Source of the DNA: a virus
IMG/VR virus record: IMGVR_UViG_3300018481_000019
Span: 1 to 64,000 of that record
DNA length: 64,000 nt
Reading direction: 5' to 3' (one strand)
Each line of letters starts with the position of its first letter. The stretch's first letter is position 1. Below are positions 29,699 through 37,307 of the stretch, piece after piece. The translations under genes and the position numbers were made by a program. The notes beneath the pieces are model-generated. The model saw nothing but the letters and a program-made list of their open reading frames with translations, was not told where the DNA came from and made no database searches.

Positions 29699-31691
29699 CC
29701 AGCGCACCTTTCCCCGGCCTCCGGCATTGGAGACTTCGCATCTCAGCGAAGCTCCGGTGCTGGACGAACTAGAGCTTGTCGCTTGGCATGACACCGATGC
29801 GGCGACGTGGTCGCGTCGAGTTTTGAAAAACGAGCAGCGCAAGGTTTTGAAGCCAATGCTCGGTGACAGTCCCAAGCTCCCCCAAGGATTGCTCGCCGCA
29901 GGAACCGACTCTCTGGTGATTGGACTAACCCGAGATGGGTTGCTGTGGGAGGACGGGAAGTGGGTCGAGAATGACGAGATGTGGGGAGCCACCACTCCCC
30001 TCTCAGCCGATGATGTGGCATTCGTCGCCCGAGCCTTCACTGAGGGCTGCGATTCGGTGTTGTTCCGGCCCTACTTCCCGTTGGCCTGGATTCCAGAAGA
30101 GCCGGTGGTTGCCGCTGCGCCGGAGAAGCCCGCGGCTCCGTCGCCTTCCAAGCTCCCGCCGGGAGCCAAGCTGGTTGCCATTGTGGACGATCTGGACAAG
30201 AGCGCCGTTTTGGAATTGATTGCTCTCGCGCCGGGGCCGGTACTGCTCCGCCGTCACGACGGCAATTGGTTTGAGGACGACGACTGGCTGATTCCACTGA
30301 GGTCGATTGATCCACCACCCATCGTGGTTTTGGAAAAGGACGTGGGCGACGACGTAATCAAGCAAGTCGATGAATCCACGAAGGGTATGGACTTTGTACC
30401 CAAGGTGGTCAAGTCGAAGAAACTTCGTTCGTCGGCCTTCATGGAATTGGACGACACTCTCGGGCAGATCGAAGAGCAGTTGATTCTCCGAGCCGCCGTC
30501 ACCCCGGAAGGGATCAAGGGAACCGAAAAGCTGAAGCGGTACTGGACCGTGGGCGAAGGTGGACTTTTGAAAATCCGGTGGGGAACACCGGGATCGTGGA
30601 CCCGTTGCCAGCGGCATCTCCGCAAATACATCGGGCCGAGAGCCGCCGGTTACTGCACCAATCTCTGTCAGCGAATGGGCGGGTTCGGGGTGGCTTGCCA
30701 CGTCGGGGTGCGGGGCGATGCCGCTCCACTGATCGGAGTTGGCACCTACACCCCTGGCATGTTCAAGCTGAAGCCAGAGAAGGGTGGCAGGACTCCCTAC
30801 GCCCGAGAGGACCGAAAGACCACCCGGACTCTCAGCGATGCCGAGATAGAGCAGCGTCGGGAAGCGGCACGGAAATCGGCGGAGGCTCGTCGCAAATCAA
30901 CTTCCGAGAGCCGGTCTGAGGCATGGCGGAGTTCGTCCTTGTCTCAGAAGGTGAAAATGGCTGCGGCGATAGAACTCGCTGCCATTCGCCGCAAGGAAGA
31001 ACTGCAATCTCTAATCAGAGGCACCGACGATCCGCTGAAGCGAGCGCAGTATCAGGGCGAGCTTGACGACATCAACAACATGCTCTCAGCCAAGGACGAA
31101 TGGCTCCGCAATCAGAGATACGACGAACTAAAATTGGCGGACAAGCAGATTGATGATGTTCAGAATCAGTTGGATCGGGTGCGGGAGGGTTTCAAAAGGC
31201 AGACCGATTCGCTCACCGAGCGGAGGAACGCTCTTGATCTTCAGATCGAAGCTGCCCGCAATGCGTCCAGCAAGGGCCGGGAATCCGCCCAAGCTGCCAA
31301 TGAGCGGGAGCGAGCGGCAGTCGGTGATCTTCGCTCCGAAGCTGCATCACTGCGAGAGCGGGCGGCGAACACCACTTCTGAGGTTCAGCGAATTCAGTTG
31401 ATGGATCAGGCGCGACGGCTCAGTGACGAAGCCGGGGTGAAGGAAGAGGGCATCAAGCGGTACTCGGATGCCAATGCCCAAACCATCGACAAGCTGGTGG
31501 CGCAGAGACGCGGGATCAGCACCCAGATCAGTGACATCAATTCCCAACGGACAAGGAAGGTCGCTGATATGAATGTCAATTTGAAAAAATTGCGGGACAA
31601 GCGCTCGGGCCTCACCAAGCAGTATCAGGATGCCTCCGAGTACCTACGCCGGAGTCGATCTACCGGAGCACCGGGGCAGTTCTTCATATGA
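29691..31691 (+). CDS. Head-region protein with LKRYW..GEG..KIRWG.PG domain and long coiled coil
   Basis: KLKRYWTVGEGGLLKIRWGTPGSWTRCQRHLRKY...GYC.NL motif recalled from cluster-B-like head maturation proteins; C-terminal coiled coil of about 280 aa. Confidence 0.65.
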   Translation: MTSQRTFPRPPALETSHLSEAPVLDELELVAWHDTDAATWSRRVLKNEQRKVLKPMLGDSPKLPQGLLAAGTDSLVIGLTRDGLLWEDGKWVENDEMWGATTPLSADDVAFVARAFTEGCDSVLFRPYFPLAWIPEEPVVAAAPEKPAAPSPSKLPPGAKLVAIVDDLDKSAVLELIALAPGPVLLRRHDGNWFEDDDWLIPLRSIDPPPIVVLEKDVGDDVIKQVDESTKGMDFVPKVVKSKKLRSSAFMELDDTLGQIEEQLILRAAVTPEGIKGTEKLKRYWTVGEGGLLKIRWGTPGSWTRCQRHLRKYIGPRAAGYCTNLCQRMGGFGVACHVGVRGDAAPLIGVGTYTPGMFKLKPEKGGRTPYAREDRKTTRTLSDAEIEQRREAARKSAEARRKSTSESRSEAWRSSSLSQKVKMAAAIELAAIRRKEELQSLIRGTDDPLKRAQYQGELDDINNMLSAKDEWLRNQRYDELKLADKQIDDVQNQLDRVREGFKRQTDSLTERRNALDLQIEAARNASSKGRESAQAANERERAAVGDLRSEAASLRERAANTTSEVQRIQLMDQARRLSDEAGVKEEGIKRYSDANAQTIDKLVAQRRGISTQISDINSQRTRKVADMNVNLKKLRDKRSGLTKQYQDASEYLRRSRSTGAPGQFFI

Positions 31692-32128
31692 GCTATTGGC
31701 TGCGTTTTGAAAACCACCGTGAGCCGGTCGAAGTTGCCAGTGGATACGGTTTCAAGGCACCGAAATCGTGGGGCCGGATGCTCCGAATGGAGGAAGCAGA
31801 TGATGTATCTGGTGGCGATTGCTGCCCCGATTTGGAAAACGATCCCCTGGCGGACCTAGAGCGCCAGCTTCAGGATGAAGAATCCAAGCTCTCGGAGTTG
31901 ATTGGCTCTACCGCCGAGATTCAAAAGGAAATCGGGAGGTACGACATCAGGATTCTCACTGCCAGTGGGAAGGACCGGCGGGCCATGCTCGCCAGCGCAC
32001 GGTTTTTGAAAGTCCAACAATTGCACGACATGGAAGCCCGGAACCAGACAGAGATAGACCGTCAGCGAGCAAGGGTCGCCAGTTTGCGAAGGCTACGATC
32101 CGAGAAGAGAAAGGACTTGTCGAAATGA
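31688..32128 (+). CDS. Coiled-coil hypothetical protein
   Basis: ATGA overlaps on both sides; heptad-like C-terminal half. Confidence 0.6.
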   Translation: MSYWLRFENHREPVEVASGYGFKAPKSWGRMLRMEEADDVSGGDCCPDLENDPLADLERQLQDEESKLSELIGSTAEIQKEIGRYDIRILTASGKDRRAMLASARFLKVQQLHDMEARNQTEIDRQRARVASLRRLRSEKRKDLSK

Positions 32129-33042
32129 CCGATCTAGCTGGCGAACTTCTGCCAGACGGTGTGTATGAGGGCTATGCCGAATGGGGCATGGTGCGGGAGG
32201 ACATCGGCGCGATTCTGGCGGCGGGGTTCCCGGTCAAGCCACCGAAGCAGTGGTTTGAGAATCCCAATTTCATGCGTCTCTCGCCATTGACCGTGGAAGG
32301 CTCGGGACAAGTGATGGGCCACGTCGCATCGTGGAAGCAGTCGCACATCGGCATGAGTGGATCGGTGCGCGCCCCCAAGTCGAAGTCGAAGTACGCCTTT
32401 TTTAAGACCGGCGTGGTGGAGACGGACGATGGTTCGTTCCAAGACGTAGGGCAGATCACTCTCACCGGGGGTCACGCCCCATTGGACGCGACCACCGCCG
32501 ATGCCGTAGCCCACTACGACAACACCGACTCCGCCGTGATGGACGTGAATGTCGGTGAGGATCGGTTCGGAATCTGGGTTGCCGGAGCGCTCCGTCCCAA
32601 CGTTGACGAGACGAAGCTGCGAACGATTCGGGCTTCCTCCGTCTCCGGCGACTGGCGACCGATCAACGGTGGCTTGGAACTAGTCGCGGTGTGCGCGGTC
32701 AACGTTCCCGGCATTCCGATCCCCCGAGCCAAGATCGCATCGGGTGTCCCGATTGCCCTGGTTGCCGCCGGAGTGGAGCCGTTGGTCGATCTGGCTCTGG
32801 AAGAGAATCTCGGCCTCAGCATTGATGAAGAGATTCGGGCGGGGCTGAATGAGGTCTACGACCGTCTGGAAGCCATTGAGTCCAGGCCGGACATCACCAT
32901 GACCGCCGCAGAGCGACGTGACGCTATCTCTCAGGCGATCAATGACACCGCCACGGACAGAGAGGCTCGGGCCGAGTCACTCCGTAGGAACGTCCACAGG
33001 GACGCTTACGCCGCTTCTCTGCGGAGCCGAGTCCATTCGTGA
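32125..33042 (+). CDS. Capsid maturation protease (cluster-B-type)
   Basis: PP..WF.NP, GHVASW...HIG, AHYDNT, GED.FGIWVAGALRP, SGDWR...LELVAV.AVNVPG.P motifs. Confidence 0.8.
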   Translation: MTDLAGELLPDGVYEGYAEWGMVREDIGAILAAGFPVKPPKQWFENPNFMRLSPLTVEGSGQVMGHVASWKQSHIGMSGSVRAPKSKSKYAFFKTGVVETDDGSFQDVGQITLTGGHAPLDATTADAVAHYDNTDSAVMDVNVGEDRFGIWVAGALRPNVDETKLRTIRASSVSGDWRPINGGLELVAVCAVNVPGIPIPRAKIASGVPIALVAAGVEPLVDLALEENLGLSIDEEIRAGLNEVYDRLEAIESRPDITMTAAERRDAISQAINDTATDREARAESLRRNVHRDAYAASLRSRVHS

Positions 33043-35996
33043 CCCAGAATCGGGCCAGGGCGGTGCCAAGCACCGCTCTGGTCGCTGCTCGCTCATGGGA
33101 AGCCGAGCTTCACCCGCGGGGCCGGGATGGGAAGTTCATCGAAAAGCTCGGCATGGTCAAGCTCTTCGACTTCGTCCATCCCCGCTCTAAGGAACAGATT
33201 TCAGAATCGACCGGCGTAGTCAAGAACATCTTTGGCGGCGACCGCATCATGGTGGAACTACCCGATGGGGTGACGGTCCCGGTCAAGTCCAACCAGATCG
33301 AATCGCTTGGCGAGAAGGCACGACTCACCCTGTATCGGGGTGAAGGCGATCTGGACAATCCGTCGTACTACACGCCGGAGTCAGGGGAAGCAGGGGGATG
33401 GTGGACGAGCGACCGTGATGCGGCAGACCGATACGCCAAGGGTGTTCCTGGGGGGAAGGTCTACGAAATCGAAGTCGAAGGGTCAGAGGTAGAGCCAAGG
33501 GGTGCTCATTACTTCATCTCTGACCCGACGGTTCGATCAAGGCGACGATTGACCGACTCCGGCGCTCTTTACCAAAACGAGAATTTCCTAGACACCGTCA
33601 AGCAAGTCGATGCCGCCGAATTCCACAAGGGATTCGCTGAAGCTCGCCAGGGTCGGTACGGAGCCTTCCTTAGTGATTTCGATGAAAGCCACTTCGCTCA
33701 GGAAAATGTCGATGTCTACTCGGCGTTCGACGGGAAGGTGGGTGCGGCTCTCACTCGCCATGAGGACGGTCGAGTTGAAATCGGTTCCCTCTATGCCTTG
33801 GAGGGAGCGCCACCTAAAGCCGGGATCGACCTACTCCGATATTTACTGGACGAAAAAGGGGTCAATTGGCTCAACAACTTCGATGGGCCACTGACCGATA
33901 TGTACGAAGCGAACGGGTTCAAGGTCGATACCTCTGATCCCTGGAACGAAGAGTATGCGCCGGATGGATGGGACTATGAGCGGTTTGACAATCCCGCATA
34001 CATTACAATGTCCCGTAAAATGGAAAGACCTGTAAGGGGAGCAGCAAGTGGTAGAAGCATTGACACCGGAACAACTGGAACAGATTCGGACGAGTCTCTA
34101 CGCCAAGACCGAAGCACGGCTCGGCAAGGAATGGGTCGCGTCCCACCAAGAGTTGATGGACGAGCAGTTTCAGATGATGCAGGACTACGGGCTTCTGGAC
34201 GAAGTCCTCTTGGAGCCGACGCTCTAACAGCATCGGTCAGAGTGGAGGCGATGCGCGCCTTCGTTCACAATCCGCACACGGTCTTGGTGTCTTTCACCGC
34301 CGCTGACTGGAACCCCGACCTTCACCCGAGAGGTCACGACGGCAAGTTCATTGAGACGCTTGGCCTGATTCATCTCATTGATATGGCGGGCTTTCGCCAC
34401 GGTCAGAGGGGCGACAAGCGGGTCCAGGGTCAAGTCCAAGAAATCATCCCCGACCCTGACGACCCCGGCAACCCGATCATTCGGGTGAAAATGACCGATC
34501 CCCGATGGGACGCTTCTGCATTCGGGGAGACATTCGATGCTCGGAGCTACCAAGTCTCGGCTCGGGAACCGGGCAAAGCGACGATTCCAAAAGAGCCAGT
34601 TGTCGATCTAGCGGGCGAACTGTTGCCTGACGAGCCTCCGTCAGTTACCCCCATAGCGACCGACCTTGTCCCGTCGATCACCGAATCCGACATCGGGGTT
34701 GGAATGGCTCTGGCTCCAATGGCGAAGCCTGGTGGGTGGGACGGGTTGTCGCCAGCGGCAAAGCAATCGTGGATCACGGATCAGATGCAGGCGGACCTCA
34801 GTGCGTTTCGGGGAGCGCCCACAGTTTTCAATTTGGAAAGCACTGATCCTGAAGTCGCATTCAATCTCGCCAACCGATACCGGGAGCTAACCGGCATCGA
34901 CACGCCGACCGCGCTGTGGGTCGATGGGGTTGTCACCAACGCATCGGCTCATTTGATGAACGACGAATTGGTCAAGCCGACTTCAGCGATTGCCGTGGCC
35001 CATCCCGGCACCAAGCACCCTGGCGGCATTGGCCCGATCACGAACCGCAAGGCCATAGTTTTGAATCAAGTTCACTTCCAAGACGACAAGACGTGGGCCA
35101 AAGAGAAGGCCATGAGTTCTGGCGGGTCGTTTCCCTGGTCGGTCGGCTCTACCCAAGGCGATTACACGGCGACGATGGTGCATGAGTTCGGACACCACCG
35201 GCAGTTCCGGTATCTGGCGGAGACGATGCTGGAAGCTGGTCAGCCGTTTTCAAAAGTGAGACATGCCGACGGTTTCGGCCTCATGCCGGATTCTTCTAAT
35301 TGGCCCGAAGTCCAGGCGGCCCGGTATGAGATTCAAAAACTGGCTCCCTCTCAGTACGGGTTGAGCAAGTCTTCAGAGGCATTCGCTGAAGTGTGGGCCG
35401 GAGTTGTTACCGGCTACGTCCCGATTTCACCTGAATTGCAATCTGCGTGGGACTCATGGCATCTCGGAATGGACATTCCCGGTCAGATGCCGCCGACTCG
35501 GTACACCCCCGACGAGCTTGTCGATTATGGATCACTCGCTCCCGAAGAGCTAGATGCGTATTGGGCTGAGGCTTCTGCCCTTTTGGAATTGCCGGGAATG
35601 CGTGAGCACTACCCCCAAACCGCTGCGCTCTACGACTCATGGGCCGCTGGAACGGTCTACGCCGAGTCCGACTTCGGGGAGCCGATTGAGTTCCCGAGCG
35701 AGAGCTTGGAACTTGAACCAGCGTTGATGCAGGCTCGGTCGGTTCAGGAAATCAAGGCCACCAATTTTTCGGAAGTCGAATCCTTCATACGAGAAGCAGA
35801 GAAGACACAGGGCGGCGCGTGGTCGTTCTTCCCGACATTCGGCTCGGTAGACATAGTGCGAGCAGCAACACCGTCTCAAATTCCTGATGATTATTACAGC
35901 CCATCAAGTAACCGAATTTTCTACAAGGGCAAGTGGCAGACTTTCACCCCGGCAGCAATTATCCGAGAGCAGAACAGAGGGATGGGGTCCGATTGA
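33039..35996 (+). CDS. Head-associated polyvalent protein 3: HPRG module + ART-like + GNAT + HPRG module + zincin metallopeptidase
   Basis: WEAELHPRGRDGKFIE; LYRG...WWTSD...A..YA...VYEIE; IGSLYA...G..LL...FDG.L..MYEANGF; WNPDLHPRGHDGKFIE; HEFGH...YG...SEAFAE. Confidence 0.78.
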   Translation: MTQNRARAVPSTALVAARSWEAELHPRGRDGKFIEKLGMVKLFDFVHPRSKEQISESTGVVKNIFGGDRIMVELPDGVTVPVKSNQIESLGEKARLTLYRGEGDLDNPSYYTPESGEAGGWWTSDRDAADRYAKGVPGGKVYEIEVEGSEVEPRGAHYFISDPTVRSRRRLTDSGALYQNENFLDTVKQVDAAEFHKGFAEARQGRYGAFLSDFDESHFAQENVDVYSAFDGKVGAALTRHEDGRVEIGSLYALEGAPPKAGIDLLRYLLDEKGVNWLNNFDGPLTDMYEANGFKVDTSDPWNEEYAPDGWDYERFDNPAYITMSRKMERPVRGAASGRSIDTGTTGTDSDESLRQDRSTARQGMGRVPPRVDGRAVSDDAGLRASGRSPLGADALTASVRVEAMRAFVHNPHTVLVSFTAADWNPDLHPRGHDGKFIETLGLIHLIDMAGFRHGQRGDKRVQGQVQEIIPDPDDPGNPIIRVKMTDPRWDASAFGETFDARSYQVSAREPGKATIPKEPVVDLAGELLPDEPPSVTPIATDLVPSITESDIGVGMALAPMAKPGGWDGLSPAAKQSWITDQMQADLSAFRGAPTVFNLESTDPEVAFNLANRYRELTGIDTPTALWVDGVVTNASAHLMNDELVKPTSAIAVAHPGTKHPGGIGPITNRKAIVLNQVHFQDDKTWAKEKAMSSGGSFPWSVGSTQGDYTATMVHEFGHHRQFRYLAETMLEAGQPFSKVRHADGFGLMPDSSNWPEVQAARYEIQKLAPSQYGLSKSSEAFAEVWAGVVTGYVPISPELQSAWDSWHLGMDIPGQMPPTRYTPDELVDYGSLAPEELDAYWAEASALLELPGMREHYPQTAALYDSWAAGTVYAESDFGEPIEFPSESLELEPALMQARSVQEIKATNFSEVESFIREAEKTQGGAWSFFPTFGSVDIVRAATPSQIPDDYYSPSSNRIFYKGKWQTFTPAAIIREQNRGMGSD
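34048..34227 (+). CDS. Nested +1-frame 59-aa gene inside polyvalent protein 3 (candidate immunity or partner of the GNAT domain)
   Basis: AAGGGGAG RBS then GTG; MVEALTPEQLEQIRTSLYAKTEARLGKEWVASHQELMDEQFQMMQDYGLLDEVLLEPTL*; the host frame here reads as an R/G/S-rich linker. Confidence 0.65.
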   Translation: MVEALTPEQLEQIRTSLYAKTEARLGKEWVASHQELMDEQFQMMQDYGLLDEVLLEPTL

Positions 35997-35997
35997 T

Positions 35998-36270
35998 ATG
36001 ACCAGTGTGCTCACGCCGATGTGTTACTCCTGCCTTCATCTCCGCACCACGCTCCCCGACGGCAAGCTCCCCTGCGCTGCGTTTCCCTATGGAATCCCTG
36101 ATGAAATTCTGGACGGGCAAACCGACCATCGACTGCCGGTGGAGGGCGACGACGGGATTGTCTTTGAGCAAGACCCGGACCTTCCCGAGCCTCCGTTCGA
36201 TTCCTACCCGTTCGCACAGGCGGTTGTCTCGTCGCTTAGGATGCGAGTGCATGGACGGCCAGACCTTTGA
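35998..36270 (+). CDS. Small Cys-rich protein, CxxCxH...CxAFPxGIP family (candidate immunity protein)
   Basis: CYSCLH...CAAFPYGIPDEILDG..DH..P..GD.GIVFE pattern, recalled as lying downstream of phage head-associated (MuF/ART) toxin genes. Confidence 0.7.
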   Translation: MTSVLTPMCYSCLHLRTTLPDGKLPCAAFPYGIPDEILDGQTDHRLPVEGDDGIVFEQDPDLPEPPFDSYPFAQAVVSSLRMRVHGRPDL

Positions 36271-36466
36271 CTTTGGACCGCATAGACACAGACACGCCGA
36301 CGGAAGAGAGTGCAAAGGCACCCTCCGGTATTACAGGGTGAAGGAAAAGCTGGTGCTCAGTCAACGGACATCTCATGTGGTTACCACCGTCAGTCAGTTT
36401 TCAAATCCCGACCTCATGGCCCGATGCGACGAGTGCGGAATCGCGGGCGTACTAGTGGAGCGATAA
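36251..36466 (+). CDS. Small putative Zn-binding protein
   Basis: H...C...CxxC, 71 aa, abuts the endolysin start. Confidence 0.5.
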   Translation: MDGQTFDFGPHRHRHADGRECKGTLRYYRVKEKLVLSQRTSHVVTTVSQFSNPDLMARCDECGIAGVLVER

Positions 36467-37102
36467 ATGGCGAGCAGCACACAAGTCAGAACGTGGTGGT
36501 CGAAGTACCGCTGCCGACCGGAGCGATTCGTGAAGGTGGCCTTCCCCGGCGACGGCAAGACGTGGCAACTCTCGGTTGCGTCTGAGTCGGCTCCGATCTG
36601 GCGAGCGGTTTCACAGATCATGGCGAGCGAGCCGTATCTGTTTTTGGAAAGCGCGGGAGGCACCTACAACTGTCGTCCGCCGAGTCTCCATGCCTATGCC
36701 TTGGCTATCGACATCAATCCGTCGAAGAACCCGTATCGGAATCCGCCGCGGCACAACTACCCGAGCACCTTCATTTCACGAATGGAGGGAATCAAGGCCA
36801 ACGGCAAGCAAGCCGTTCAATGGGGCGGTCGGTGGCCCGCGGGGAATCCGCCAGACACGATGCACTGGCAGATCAACGTCGCACCGGCAGACGTGAAGAA
36901 TGTCACTTGGGACAAGAATGGAGATGAAGATATGGCGAACGGACCCAACGGAGAACCCAATTGGGACGAAGTTTCAGATTGGGCGCAAGCGGCATGGACC
37001 GACGCTCACAAAGCGGGGCTGCTCAATGAGAACTCCCACCCGAGAGACAGCCTGGAAGTCGAGCAGTTGATGGTCTACTTGAATCGGGCCAAGGTCATTT
37101 GA
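36467..37102 (+). CDS. Endolysin, M15-family peptidase with SLH-like C-terminus
   Basis: GTYNCR..SLHAYALAIDINP...WGGRW...DTMHWQ; C-terminal VSDWAQAAW..A...GLL....P...L...QL..YL.R. Confidence 0.85.
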   Translation: MASSTQVRTWWSKYRCRPERFVKVAFPGDGKTWQLSVASESAPIWRAVSQIMASEPYLFLESAGGTYNCRPPSLHAYALAIDINPSKNPYRNPPRHNYPSTFISRMEGIKANGKQAVQWGGRWPAGNPPDTMHWQINVAPADVKNVTWDKNGDEDMANGPNGEPNWDEVSDWAQAAWTDAHKAGLLNENSHPRDSLEVEQLMVYLNRAKVI

Positions 37103-37239
37103 ATCCCTGGCTCGCCTTCGCTCTTGGAATGATCTTGGGCGCGGGCCTGCTCATGGGAATTAGTCTTGCCGTCGCTGCCGGAAGGGGCAGGGAATGGGAG
37201 GAAGGCCAGAAACCCCCCGATGATTCGGGGGGTTTCTGA
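37099..37239 (+). CDS. Single-TM protein after the endolysin (holin candidate, 46 aa, not in ORF track)
   Basis: TTGA overlap; MNPWLAFALGMILGAGLLMGISLAVAAGRGREWEE... Confidence 0.5.
   Translation: MNPWLAFALGMILGAGLLMGISLAVAAGRGREWEEGQKPPDDSGGF
37207..37238. terminator. Hairpin terminator, possibly bidirectional
   Basis: Perfect 14-bp inverted repeat CAGAAACCCCCCGA-TGAT-TCGGGGGGTTTCTG. Confidence 0.85.
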
Positions 37240-37307
37240 TTGGTTTAGGCCGATTGAGCGGCGGGTAGGGTCGGCGGAGTTGTCGCGGCCTCAGAAAAGA
37301 GGACGCA

